A DNA stretch of 64,000 nucleotides from Octopus vulgaris (Eukaryota): assembly GCA_951406725.2 (NCBI GenBank), contig OX597823.1, forward strand, positions 4,340,001 to 4,404,000, written 5' to 3'. Positions 23,255 to 36,497 of this stretch are shown piece by piece. The first letter of the stretch is position 1. Every line of letters starts with the position of its first letter. The notes under the pieces were generated by a model that had not been told where the DNA came from, ran no database searches, and was given only the letters and a program-made list of their open reading frames with translations. A program made the translations under genes and the position numbers.

Positions 23255-23515
23255 TATTTACAGAATATTGAGAAATGGAATATAAAATTTGAAAATTACA
23301 TTTGGTCTTTCAGAGACAAAGGTATGGACTCAACACTGGCTAGAGGGTTGTTAAAAAGTGTAGACCTTATATAAAATGGTAGTAAAAGATGTGGCCTCTG
23401 CACAGCTGGGAAAAGACTAATCCTGGATAACTTCCTTACACCAGAAATATATTTGAACATCAAGCAGAAAGTATCTTGCAAGTTTGCTTAACAAAACAGA
23501 ACATGGCTACTCTAA
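23255..23515 (+). mobile_element. Penelope-like element GIY-YIG C-terminal remnant
   Basis: Broken translation NYIWSFRDKG...NGSKRCGLCTAGKRLIL...YLNIK resembles the CxLCxxEK...LN tail of Penelope endonucleases. Confidence 0.65.
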
Positions 23516-24002
23516 ATGAAACAATGAAACATCCAGATTTGAGCACAATATCTGAATGTATTCACTACTTTCCTTCCTTTTGGTTTTTCAATTTTTCTTT
23601 GGTTTCTTAAGAGGAGAAGGAGCAGCCAATACTATCAACCCAAGTTCTAGATTGGTACTTTATTTTATCAACCTCGGAGGGATGAAAGGCAAAGTTAGCC
23701 CCACTGGGATTTGAACTCAGAATCTAAAGAGCCAGAACAAATATCAATGGACAATTTAGCTGCTTCACCATCTTTGCTTATTGCATCTTGTTATAAAAGC
23801 AACTGCTCAGAGTTTATAAAAGAGAAGTTAACTCTGTTGTGTGTGTGTTGTATATTTTAAAAAAATTATTCCATGTTAAATATTCTCCCCAGAATCGTAC
23901 GCCTTTTAAATCGTTTTATACAACTGATTTCTCGTATGTATTTACACTTACTACCAATTAAATTATATTTTAGTTTCTTTTTCCACTTTTTTTTTAGAAG
24001 TA

Positions 24003-24045
24003 TGTGTGTGTGTATAACTATGTATATATATACACACACACACAC

Positions 24046-24101
<56 letters not shown>

Positions 24102-24245
24102 TATAATAACAACAACAACAACATGTACGTATGTATATGCGAATATAACTGCATGCATGTACATATGTATGTATATGTACGTATGTATGTACGTACATGC
24201 ATATATATATGTGTGTGTGTGTGAGTGTATGTGTGTATGTATACG
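24003..24245. repeat. Compound microsatellite (GT/CA, AAT, AAC, ATGT) upstream of YIPF1
   Basis: Direct reading; (AAT)n at about 24047-24108. Confidence 0.95.
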
Positions 24246-24452
24246 TATGTTACTTTACTTTTTCTAGCTATTTCGTTCATACTCTAAAATATTTTACAAT
24301 ACTTTATCTATTTCACGTTCACTTTATTTCATTTCCCAGTCAAATATTTAAGCGACACCATCAAAATAACTCCATAAAATACGTTTCCTAATCAATATTC
24401 TTTACTTTTACTACACAACATCCGCCAGCAGACGACACTGCAGACATTCAAA

Positions 24453-24500
24453 ATGGCTGACCATTCAGCTGTAATTGTTGATGTGGACGATATTGACAAG
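24453..24500 (+). CDS. YIPF1: YIPF1/2-family gene, probable coding exon 1 (MADHSAVIVDVDDIDK)
   Basis: CAAAATGG start context, AAG|GTAAAT donor, phase 0 compatible with exon 2, lies in a locally CpG-containing segment. The N-terminus is poorly conserved, so the link is inferred. Confidence 0.7.
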
Positions 24501-24944
24501 GTAAATACTATAGTCCGTACTTCCTTTCAGTTCTTGAAATTAGGTTTAAATTATATACTAACTCAAACTCTATGTTTCTATGTATTTTATTTCAACACAG
24601 AGTTTTTAGATTAGTGTAAATATTAATCTTTTCAAGACATACTTCTAAACATCGTAAACGACCTCGACGTTAAAAAAAAAAACAAAAAAACTTCAGCTTT
24701 TAAGTCTTAAAAATCTTTACACGTGTAATTTTTTTCTCTCCTCCTTCTTCTTCGATTTCGGACCTATCGATTATACTGATTTTTTTTCGTCTTATTCAAT
24801 TGCTAGTTTGTGAAAATCTTTCAGTTGTATTTCCATATCATTTAACATTCGGAGGAGTCTGTCTATTTTTTGGTGGGGTTGCTTCGCTTTTACTCTCACT
24901 TTTGATATGTTCCTCTGCCTATGTGGTGTATATGTTGTGTGCGT

Positions 24945-25002
24945 ACATATATATATACATACATACATACATATACATATATATATACACACACACACAC
25001 AC

Positions 25003-25035
<33 letters not shown>

Positions 25036-25210
25036 GTGTGTGTGTCTTTATGTATATATGTTTGTATCTTTGCAGATATTTAATATATGTATATATATAA
25101 ATGTATTTGTTTATACGTACATATTTGTTTATGTGTATATACATATTGTTTTTAAGCTTGTGTGTGTGTATATATGTATATATAGTTGTGTACATACATA
25201 AATGCATACA
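24945..25210. repeat. TA/CA-rich low-complexity tract at the start of intron 1
   Basis: Direct reading. Confidence 0.9.
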
Positions 25211-26689
25211 CAGGACCCTATTTAAGGACCAATTTGAACTTGGGGCCCAAAAAGCGGGGACAGCTGTATGTTGTATACAGAGAAGATTACATTATATACG
25301 CAACAGTTAAAAGCTAGGAATGTTATAATTATATAGTATAATCATGTACCTAATTTATATATACAATCTTGCAGTATGTATTAATTAAATATAATTCTGT
25401 TGACTATGGAAATGCTATATATATATATATATATATATATATAAGAGATAGTTTCGAATAACCGTAGATCTCCTTTACAGAACATGATACACATCAGAAT
25501 GGCTAGAACGTTGGGGGATCGAGTGAGGAAAATGCCTTGTGGTATTTGTTCTGGTTTTCTACGTTCTGAGTTCAAATGCTGCCTCTTGTCCTTTCGGGGT
25601 CGAGCACCAGTTGAGCATCGGGGTCAGTATAATAGATTTATCCCTCTCCCTTACAATTGCTGGGCTCTTGCCTAAAATTGGAACCATTATTAGGTAAAAT
25701 GCTTGGCGGCATTTCGTCCGTCCTTACGTTCTGAGTTCAAATTCCGCCGAGGTCGACTTTACCCTTCCTCTTTTCGGGGTAGATGAAACAAGTACCAGTT
25801 ACGCACTAGAGTCGATGTAATCGACTTAATCCTTTCGCCCCCAACCCTCAAAAAAATTTTCAGGCCTTGTGCCTATAGTAGAAAAGATTATTATTATTAT
25901 TATTAAAGTGGCAAGCTGGCAGAATCGTTAGCACGCCGGGCGAAATGCTGAGCGACATTTCGTCTATCATTACGTTCTGAGTTCAAATTCTGCCGAAGTC
26001 GACTTTGCCATTCATTCTTTCGGTGTCGATAAATTATGAACCACTGAAACACCGGGGTCGATGTAATAGACTTATCCCCTCCCCCAAAATGATTGACCTT
26101 GTGACAAAATTTGAAACCATTATTATTATTATTGAAAACAACAGTTGTGCGAGGGCTTGTGCCCTTGGTGGTCAGAGTGAACTTGGGTCTATGGAGTTAC
26201 TTGATTGGCCCTAGTTGGAAGTTCCCCTGTATCAGAAGGACTGCATCATTCATGTATTTACACATTTTGCATACTATGTGTACCTTTACCTCATTTAACC
26301 CTTCTTTCTCTTTCTTACTCTCATCTTTTATGTAACCCTCTACTGGCTCCCCTCATCTAATGCCCTCGAGCAAATGAAAGACATCATCATCATTTATCAG
26401 TGTTTAAATCTTGCTGAGATCTATCTTTCATCTCTCTGGATGAAGTTCTTGAGCCAATGTTATTGGATGGTCCCCCACCCCTCAAAATTGCCGGCCTTGT
26501 GCCTACATTCTGAGGTTCAATTTCTGCTGAGGTCAACTTTGCCTTTCATCCTTTCAAGCCATTATAATATATACCAGTCAAACACCGCTGAGGTTGCTGC
26601 TATGAAGTAAACCTCACCTCTCAAAATTGCAGGCCATGTGCTTAAATCAGAAACAGTTATTCTCTTTATTTTTATGCAGATCTTGATTA

Positions 26690-27060
26690 TCCCATTGCTT
26701 ATTCACCGCCTTTCCAACAACAACTTTGGGCCCCTTTTTGAATTCCATATGTCTAACAATCATGGACATGCTTACAAAATTAAAAAAAACAACACAAGAC
26801 CCATGACTTCCAGGAACATTTTTTTTTCACTCAGAATTGCTGACGCATGGAATAATCTACCTGCATTAGTTGTTAACTGTTAGGACACTACATCCTTCAA
26901 ACTTCCATACTTCCTGAAAATCGCCAATCCTTTTAAATGACACATCCACCGTTCACTTCCTGTTCATCATTCTGTATACTGTTCATGCTTTTTTGCTTAT
27001 TTTTTTCTGATGAGAAGTAGTGCACTTGAGCACTGTATACAACAAGTTCATTACATAATT
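26690..27060 (+). mobile_element. Decayed CR1-clade LINE 3' fragment
   Basis: HGHAYKIKK...FFSLRIADAWNNLPALVVNC; homologous to 32594-33895 and 40555-40965. Confidence 0.8.
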
Positions 27061-27065
27061 ATATA

Positions 27066-27267
27066 TGAGGAGGTATCGAAAGGTTCCTGGCTTTAAGGGT
27101 ATCGTGAAATGTCTGGTTGGAGACCCAACCTTCTGAGATCTTTTACAGGGCTTAGAAAAATGGAAGTGTGTGAATCTGAGAGGGGAATATGTTGAATAAA
27201 ACCATCATTAATTGATCCTCCTGTATTGTCTTTTACCAAAAGCCAGGAACTTTTCAGCACCCCATCA
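27066..27267. mobile_element. Mariner-type MITE
   Basis: TA-TGAGGAGGTATCGAAAGGTTCCTGGCTTT ... AAAGCCAGGAACTTTTCAGCACCCCATCA-TA: inverted ends with TA flanks. Confidence 0.75.
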
Positions 27268-27638
27268 TATATTTACTTGTATTTATCATGTTGTTCTACA
27301 AATTAACTTCTCTCGTTAATACATTACTCAATATAGAGGTAAAATATTTTCCTTGTTGTAATGTATCTGTATTTCACAGAGTAAATTTATTTTGGAAGTG
27401 ACTCTTGTTAAGTCACCTATCTTCTACTTGTTTCAGTCATTTGACTGCAGCAAACAGGTACCACCCTGAAGGGTTTACTTGATCAATTCAAACCTAATAC
27501 TTATATTTTTAAGTGTGGTACTTATTCTTTCAGTCTCTTTTGCTGAACTGCTAAGTTATAGACATAAAGAAGCCAGCACTGGTTGTCAGGCAGTAGAAGG
27601 ACAAACAAATATATGCGTTTGCACACAGTAAAATAGTA

Positions 27639-27782
27639 TTTTATTGAAGCTGTGAAGAATTTACAAACTGTTACTCAGAGGTTCACTCAACCAATTATCA
27701 GAGAGTAATACTCACAACTGTCTGATGATTAATTATGTGAAGCTGAGTAACAGTTTGTGAAGTTTTTTCAGTTTCAATAAAA
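27639..27782. repeat. Palindrome carrying two inverted decayed minimal hammerhead motifs (Penelope-like)
   Basis: + strand 27717-27754 ACTGT CTGATGA TTAATTATGT GAAG CTGAG TA ACAGT; - strand 27667-27706 ACTCT CTGATAA TTGGTTGAGT GAAC CTCTGAG TA ACAGT. Confidence 0.7.
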
Positions 27783-28534
27783 CCCTAATTACATATCATT
27801 GTTTGACATCGATGTTCTATGCTGGCATGTTTTGGATGGTTTGACAGGATCTGCTGAGTCCAAGGACACCATTTGTGCTCCAATGTCAGCCTTGGCATGG
27901 TTTCTACAGCCTGATGTCCTTCCACTTTACAACAGGCACTGGGTGATTTTTTCATGCCTATTGAAATCACTGTGCAACTTTCAAGACTACAAACCATTGG
28001 GGAGATGGTGGGGTCAGCTTTAAGCTTGAGGACAGGGAAGGGTTTTAAACTATGAGATGGAGTTGGGGTCCAAACAGGTTCTTGTAGAGGGTCTGCATGG
28101 CTATTCACATTTAATAGAAGAGAGAAAGAGAAAATGATCAGTAAGAGTTGCATAGAGCTAGATAATGGCCATGGGGTGCCCAAGTGGCCCTACAAGGTAC
28201 AAGGTGGATAGAAGTGGGTGGTTTGCAAGATTGTATGTGAAGGAGATGTGAGAATGGAGAGACAGACTGCAAAAATGGGTAGGGTTGAAGGGTGGATGAA
28301 TGAGCTGCAGGTTGAAGATAGAAGGATGCGGAAGAGAGTGGGGTAGATTGAGGGGGTGAGCAGCAGGAATAGAAATGCTGATGCAGTTGAGTGGGGCAGG
28401 GGAACAATGGAGATCACACAGTTGGGTAGTCTGTAGGAGCTGGTGGTGGAAGAGTCAGGCATAGTGCACAAGAGGAGAGGATGTATCACTGGAGAGTATG
28501 AGACAAGGCATTTCCAGGACTCAGTGGTGCTGAG

Positions 28535-29372
28535 GAGGTAGAGGTCTTTTGGAGAACTTCATAGCACCAAAATATACTCTCCTACATTTTCTACAATGTC
28601 TGTCTGGTAGACTTGCAAAATTCACTTATCCATGAAAAAATACTCCTCTAGTACTATTCTGACCTCGTTTGCAAAATTCATATTTTTGCTGTCCAAATGC
28701 CTTTGAAGATTGCAGAAATAATGGTAATCTGATGGAGCAATGTCCGGTGAATATGGTAGGTGGGGCATCATTTCCCATTCAAACTGCTCCAGCTTTTGGA
28801 ATGTTATCCTTACTGTTTGTAGGTGAGCATTATCCTGAGGGAAGAGCACTTTTTGTCGTGAAACCAAAGATGGTCATTTTTTTTCTAGCGCAGGTGTCAA
28901 TGAATGGTTGAATGACCTAATACAAGCTTCTCTGCTAGTTCCTCAACAGTTACAATGGGATTTTGTTCCACCAGGGTTTGCAGGATATCTTTGTCAAGCT
29001 CTACAGACCTTCCAGGATGAGGCTCATCATCTAGGCTGTAATATCTGGCTTGGAATTTCTGGAACCACTGTTGACACTGGCTTATGCCTATTGTCCAGTC
29101 CCCATTAATATTCCTTGCACTTTTGCGTTGTTGCCTTTATTGACCTCATAAAGCAAAATATGCTGAATATGCTTCTTTGTCCCTTCCATTATAGCTTTGA
29201 AAAAATAACTGTTAAAATTGAACTGCACTCCTCAAAACTTGCACTAAGAATAAGTACGAGGTAAAATTACTACCTGCTTTTATAGCAAGTTGATGCAGGT
29301 AGTTTATCCTGTCCCCTTCAACTTTTGGTTCATGCAATTGAAAAAACTGCATTATTCATGGGATGACCCAAT
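28535..29372 (-). mobile_element. Degenerate mariner (DD34D) element
   Basis: ORF 28622-28867: QDNAH...MPHLPYSPDIAPSDYHYF. TIR-like TATTGGGTCATCCCATGAATAATGCAG at the right end. Confidence 0.82.
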
Positions 29373-29580
29373 ATATATATGTGTGTGTGTGTGTGTGTAT
29401 TAGTTTCAGGATTCATTAGAATCTAGGAGCACCAATACATAGGATGCCAGGACTAGCTCAGTACCATAGCATTCAGTTCACAGTCAGGTAAAACAATAAT
29501 TAGATGTCATCCGTTGGAAGTGTACTGGCATTTAAAACATGTATATGCATGTGTGTGTGTATATTTATATATATATATAT

Positions 29581-29711
29581 AGTTTTTTTCTAGTGTGTAA
29601 GCGCTTTTGTTAAACCACACACATCATATGTATATATATATATATATATATACACATATGATGTGTGTGTGTGTGTGGTTTAACAAAAGCACTGACACTA
29701 GAAAAAAAACT
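29581..29711. repeat. Inverted duplication centred on (TA)n
   Basis: AGTTTTTTTCTAGTGT...GCTTTTGTTAAACCACACACATCATATG (TA)n CATATGATGTGTG...GGTTTAACAAAAGC...ACACTAGAAAAAAAACT. Confidence 0.85.
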
Positions 29712-32593
29712 TCTTCCCACAAAAAGGTTAGTAACATCCTCATAAAAGATCTCATAACATTTTTTTAAAATCACCTTTACACTTCAAAGTTGTATTAAGT
29801 AATCCTCATAGACTTTCAAATATATATTCTTACTCTTTTACTTGTTTCAGTCATTTGAATTTTGCCATGCTGGAGCACTGCCTTTAGTCAAGCAAATCAA
29901 CTCCAGGACTTATTCTTTGTGAATGTAGTACTTATTCTATCGTTCTTTTTTGTCGAACCGCTAAGTTACGGGGACGTAAACACACCAGCATCAGTTGTCA
30001 AGCGATGTTGGGGGGACAAACATATATATATACATATATATGATGGCCTTCTTTCAGTTCCCATCTACTAAATCCCCTCACAAGGTTTTGGTCGGCTCGA
30101 GGCTATAGTAGAAGACACTTGCCCAAGTGGGACTGAACCCAGAACCATGTAGGTAAGCAAACTATTTACCATACAGCAGATCATCATCCTCGTTTAACGT
30201 CCGTTTTCCATGCTAGCATGAGTTGGATGGTTCGACCGGGGTCTGGGAAGCCAGGAGGCTGCACCAGGCCCAGTCTGATCTGGCAGTGTTTCTACAGCTG
30301 GATGCTCTTCCTAACGCCAACCACTCTGTGAGAGTAGTGGGTGCTTTTTACATGCCACCGGCACAGATCATCATCATCATCATCATCATCGTTTAACGTC
30401 CGCTTTCCATGCTAGCATGGGTTGGACAGTTTGACTGGGGTCTGGGAAGCCAGGAGGCTGCACCAGGCCCAGTCTGATCTGGCAGTGTTTCTACAGCTGG
30501 ATGCCCTTCCTAACGCCAACCACTCTGTGAGTGTAGTGGATGCTTCTTACGTGCCAGGCGAGGCTGGCAACGGCCACAATCGGTTGGTGCTTTTTACGTG
30601 CCACCGACACGGAGGCCAGTCGGGGTGGCGCTGGCAACAGCCATGTTCGGATGGTTCTTTTACGTGCCACCGGCACTGGTATCACGACTACAATTTCCAT
30701 TGATTTTTGAGTGATTTCGATTTCGATTCTGATTTCACTTGCCTCAACAGGTCTTGCAAGCAAAGTTTTGAGTCCCAAGAAGGAAAGGTATGCATAAGTG
30801 GGCTGGCTACATCCCAGGTAGAGCCCACGGGTTATGGCCTATTTATATATATGTATGTATCTATATATATATGGCAGGCTTCCACACAATTTCCATCTAC
30901 CAAATAAAAGCTTCAGATTTTAGGGTCCCCATTTATGAAGCGTAGGTTGTGATAGGAAAAATAAAAGCATTGTGCTGCCTAACTTTGAGCCATTGATTGA
31001 TACCTGACTCTTCCAGGTAGCATTTTTTAACTTTCCAAATGCCAAAGACTCTAGTGTAATGCATATATTTACCATATTCTGATCCTTCTGGTGTTATACT
31101 ACCCAGAAACTTCCAGTGTAAACATTTCCATGCCAGGGGACAGGATTTCGCACATTGAATTGAAAGGCTCACTCTTAATAATGTGATATAACTATTAGTA
31201 TTGCTAACATCAGGGATGCAGCAAAAGTTTGATGAATATTAGTGGGACTGGAATATAATTCTATTTAGATAGATCGACAGAAAAACAACAAAAGATTTAG
31301 ATAATTAATAATTAAATATAAAGTGTGTGAGTTAGTGAGTATATGTGTGTGTGTGTGTGTATGTATGTGTGTGTGTCTGTCAGTCAATCAATCAATCAAT
31401 CAACCAGAGAATAATCCTCAAAAGGTAGAGATGTGGTTGTGTGGTAAGAAGTTTGTTTCCCAGCCACATGGTTCCAGTTTCAGTTCCACTGCATGGAACC
31501 TTGGGCAAGTGTCTTCTACTATAGCCTTGGGCTAACCGAAGCCTTGTGAGTGGATTTGATAAAAGGGGTCTGTCGTGTATATATGTATGTACATGTGTGT
31601 GTGTGTGTGTGTGTTTGTTTGTTTACTCCTCACCACTGCTTAACAACCAGTTTTGGTGTATTTATATGCCTATAACTTAGCAGTTTGGCATTAGAGACCA
31701 ATAGAATAATTACCAGGTTTAAAAGAGTAAATATTGGTGTCGATTCATTTGACTCAAATTTTTCAAGTCAATGCCCCAGCATGGCCGCAGTCTAATGGCT
31801 GAAACAAGTAAAAGAAGTTATGTAAAATGGATGTCTACAAACTTATTTATCAGATAATTAAAATAAAATATAATTAGAAAACAGTATATTTCTGGGAATA
31901 ATCTTCAGAAGTTACATAAAATCAATGTCTCCGATCTTATTTATTCAATCAGAGTTTTTCATTAAAAATCAGTTTCATTCGTTTTTATCTGCAATCATTC
32001 TTGTTTCTCCCTCAGCTATTCCCCTTGTAATAGAAATGCACCAAATCAGAAACTAGTACATGGAAGATTCATGAATTTATAAGCTTTGGTTATATCAACA
32101 AATGCTCCATAAACTCTATGATGCAGATGGTAGTTAGTTAACATGCTAATGTTGAATATATTAGTATCGTAATAGGTAGCATTTTAGCCAATAACATTTC
32201 ATTAGTTTATTGAATTTCACTGCAAAATAAGAACATGCTTTACTCTTCTTCAATGGGAATCAGCAACACACACCAGCTGGATTTCGAAGACCTATTTTGA
32301 TCAATAGCTGTTGTTTGAAGTTGGTATTTGCTATGTAGTTGTTAGATCATATATTGATATTAAAATTCAAAGTACATTTTAGTGAATCCAACTGTTGAAA
32401 AGCGAATATAGAATCTATGTTGATTATGTACTTTGATTATTGTAATTTCATTATTGCAAACAAATCCTTGTTTTTAAAGTAAATTCTATTGTTTTGGCTA
32501 CATCACCTGATTATACCTGAATGTTTTTGTCTTTTTAACTGTTGCTCATTTGTGTGCAGATACTTTATGCTATGAAGGAGGGTGATCAATATT

Positions 32594-33895
32594 TAATAAT
32601 AATAATGAAATTATTGTATACACTGCTCAGGTGCACCACAACTTGTCAGAAAGTGCATATAAAGTACATGCAGTAATGTACAAATGTCTGGAAAGCGACA
32701 ATGTATGAGTCAGATACACGCTTGTGTGTGTATGGAGGGGAGAAAATCAGGTGTAGTGTTGGCGAATCTCAGAAAGCATGGACGTTTTGAAGGATGCAGT
32801 GCTCGGACAACTCACAACTGATGCCGGCAGTTTGTTCCATGCTTCAGCAACTCTCAGCGTGAAAAAATGTTTCCTAAAGTCATGGGAGCTGTGCTGTTTT
32901 CTGACTTTGTAAATATGTCCACGGGTGTTAGACGGGTGGAGTTTGAAAATGTGCTCAGAGTTATTGCTTGTAAGATGGTTGATAATTTTATGGGTGTCTG
33001 CCAAGTCAGCTGCCAGACGTCGGAGTTTCAATGTGTCCATGCCCAGGGCAGTAAGGCATTCAGAATATGGCAAATGCTTGATGGAGGGTATTCTTTTGGT
33101 TGCACATCGCTGAACGGCTTCCAGACGATTGATATCCTGGGCAAGATAGGGGTTCCAGACGGGTGATGCAAATTCCAGGTGAGGTCTTACTATAGTTATA
33201 TAAAGCCACAGATAGATAGCCGGAGAGCAGCTCACAAAGGATTTGGTAAGTGATGCCAAGACACCCTCAGCCTTCTTGACAATTTTAGAGATGTGTTTTG
33301 TCCAACGCAAATCACTGTCGACAATAATACCCAGGTCACGTTCACATGAAGACTTTTTGAGATTAGTGTTGTGGAGGGAATAGGTGGATGCTGGGTTTCT
33401 CCTCCCAAAATGCATGGTGGTACATTTGTCCACAGCCAGCTTGAGTTGCCAGTCCATGATCCACTGCTGCATTGTGTCCAGGTCTGCTTGCAATAGAGAT
33501 CCATAGTGTACAGGATCTGACCTCTTTATTTCGAGGTACAGCTTGACGTCATCTGCATATTTCAGCACTGTGGATTTTTTAAGTTGGCATCTATGTCATT
33601 AACATATGCAACAAATAAAAGGGGGCCAAGAACAGATCCCTGTGGTACACCAGATGTCATCTCATAGGGTGAAGAGTGATGTCCTAGAACTGTGACAACC
33701 TCTTTTCGGCCGAAAATAAAGGACTTCAACCAGTTATAGAGTTCGTCTCTTACGCCCAATGCAGAGAGCTTCACCATAAGTCTTTTGTGTGGCACAGAGT
33801 TAAAAGCCTTAGCAAAGTCCAGGTAAACAGGATCCGCGATCAGTGATTTGGGTAACGTCTTCAAGAAACTCGAGTTTATTACAGCAGCTGGAGTT
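32594..33895 (-). mobile_element. 5'-truncated CR1-clade LINE (RT and C-terminus, one frameshift)
   Basis: ORFs 33562-33909 (YLDFAKAF, GVPQGSVLGPLLF) and 32747-33568 (YADDVK, ERDLGI, VRPHLEFA.PVW.P). (ATT)n tail at about 32594-32607. Confidence 0.93.
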
Positions 33896-34058
33896 AGGAA
33901 TAAATCCAAATTAGGTTTTGCTTACTTATCTTAAATATTGATATATTACCTTGGATCTCTGCCTTTACCTTTAAATACTTAAGATGTATATAATTTATAA
34001 GCATTTTTGGACATATGGATTATTCTATAATTCAATTCTCTATTTCTGAGATGAATTG

Positions 34059-34532
34059 TATTATGTATACTGTTTATGTTAGTCTGATGGGTGTACTCAT
34101 CTTGATTGTTGCTTTCACTACATTTCGGCTGTGTATGCTCCAGCCTTCTTTGGGTATCTTGTGCTCAGTTGTTGTATCAGAATTTTGAACCTAATCCTTT
34201 ATTTGATCGATGAGGGTACACTATTCTCATTCAGTTCCCTGTGTTTTGTGACTTTTTTTTTTTTTCCATCTGTTGATTTTTATGAATTACCTTAGTGCCT
34301 TGCAACTGCACTGCATTAATCAACGTTTTTACCTACTCTGCTATGTCTGTAAGAATGAGAACAAGGCACCCCTGTGGATCGAATAAAGGGTTAGGTTCTG
34401 AATTCCAATAGAACAGCTGAGTTGAATGACTGACACCTGAAGAAGGTTGGAGTATACAACAGCCAGAACATAGTGAAAGCAACAATCAAGATGAAGACAC
34501 TAGTCTGACTAACATAAACAGTGTACATAGTA
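34059..34532. repeat. Long imperfect inverted repeat (arms 34059-34232 and 34353-34532) with hammerhead remnants, Penelope pLTR-like
   Basis: Right arm CAC CTGAAGA AGGTTGGAGTATACAACAGCC AGAA CA TA GTG; left arm on minus TAC CCAAAGA AGGCTGGAGCATACACAGCC GAAA TG TA GTG. Confidence 0.72.
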
Positions 34533-34840
34533 TTTTATAATTGTGCATTGAAATATTTTAAATGCTTGGGAAATCATGGCTCCTGTTGCTGCTTCATGAC
34601 AAAAGACAGAAGTATTTTATTGGATTACAAGAAAGAATCATTAAAAGATCTGTTTAAATATATCAATAGATTAAAAAAATAAAAAGATTATAGGCATAGG
34701 TGTGGTTGTGTGGTAAGAAGCTTGCTTCCCAACCACATTGTTCCGGGTTCAGTCTCACTGTGTGACACTTTGAGCAAGTGTCTTCTACTATAGTCTCAAG
34801 GCCTTGTGAGTGGATTTGGTAGACGGAAACTGAAAGAAGC

Positions 34841-34879
<39 letters not shown>

Positions 34880-35661
34880 CTGTGTGCATGTCTGTGTTTG
34901 TATCCCAGTACTGGTTGGCAACTGGTGTTGGTGTGTTTATGTCCCTGTAACTTAGCAGTTTGGCAAAAGAGACCAATAGAATAAATGCCAGGCTTAACAA
35001 AGAATAAGTACTAGGCTTGATTCATTTGATTAAAAATTCTTCAAGGCAGTGCCCCAGCATGGCCGTAGTCTAATAACAGAAACAAGTAAAAGACAAAAGA
35101 TTCTTCGGGCGATTGTCCCCTGCTTCTTTCTAAAGCCAAAATGGTGGACTGATAGATCAGCCCAGTCTTCTTGCAGGGATTAATTTTATTTTTTTATCCA
35201 TTTCATTTATCAAAAAGTATTGTTCCATTGTTCTCAATTAATATTGTTCCAGCATTCTCAATTAATCAATTTACTCCTCATTAGATTGAATGTCAACCTG
35301 TTACAGGTTTTAAAATTCATAAAATGAAATTGTGTACCATGAAGAAAGGTAAACTCCGTCTTTTTCGGTAGTGCCCTTCTTTAGAAACATCACGGGTCTT
35401 GTTTTGAAGAAAAAGGTTTCGGTCCAGTGTTACAAATGAATTCAATCTTTGTCGGTTATACTGCAAAAGCTTACAAGGGTTTGCTGTACAGCTGCATTGA
35501 GCCTTTAAAAATAAAATGTTTTTGCTAAGACACAGACAGCATAGTAAGGGTAGGTCAGAATAATTGACATAACCCTTCTTCTGGCCCTCTACAATTCCCA
35601 GTTATATATCATATGTTCATATTAATATGAATGCACGCATAAGTTACAGTTTATCAATATA

Positions 35662-36497
35662 TGAGGGGGGGGGGGGGGCTTAAAGAAACTGGAGTTTTGC
35701 AATATCATATTATTCACTTAGTTTTACATGTTTACGCTTTGGCCGCCTTCAAAGGATTCTCCATTTGAAGCAATACATCAGGCTAGATGTGTTTTCCACT
35801 GTCCAAAGCAGTCCTGGAACTCTTGCAAAGTGATGCCTTTTAATGCCTCCATTGTTTCCTTCTTCACCTCTTCCACATCTGCAAATTCCATAGCACCAGC
35901 TTTCATCACCAGTGATGACCTTCAAAAGAAGGTCCGGATCAACTTCCAACTGTTCTTTCAGTTCACAACATGCATTCAGTTGTGACTGCTTTTGATCTTC
36001 CTTGAGAAAGCGAGGCACGAATTTTTCTGCAACTCTTTTCATTCGCATTTCCTTGCTCAAAATTCGTCAATTGTTCAGTGACAGTCCTCCATGAATTTTC
36101 ATTCATTTGGGAGGTCAACGGTCATCCTGAATGAGGTTAGTTTTCAAGCAACAAGTGACCATGGAAACCACTCATAAACTTGTATTTTGCTCACGGCAGT
36201 GTCCTTGTAAGCTGTTTGAAGCACAACAGCTGTTTCAGCCACTGTTTTCCCCAGCAGAAAACAGAATTTCATGGAAGCATGCTGTTCCTTCATTTCAGTC
36301 ATCACAAAAATTGACAATCAGTGGAGAAGCACTGCAAAACAAAGATGCACCACATGGCACTACGACCTCACTTGACGATGCCAGTCAGCAGACTGATGCC
36401 TGAGGATTGCATCAAGTGGCTTCTAGTAGCGGAAACCTGAACAACAATGGGTTTGTCCCACAGAGAATGTTTCTGGTTACTTTTGAGTACCCCCTTG
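35662..36497 (-). mobile_element. Internally deleted mariner (DD34D) element
   Basis: KFVPRFL...VITGDESWCYG; TA-flanked inverted ends (GAGGGGG... / ...TTTTGAGTACCCCCTTG). Confidence 0.85.

Noticed and set aside
23866-25310. ORFs rich in Y, I, C, V, H and T
   Set aside because: Microsatellite translations; the same applies to similar ORFs near 11 kb, 16.4 kb, 44 kb, 58 kb and 61 kb.
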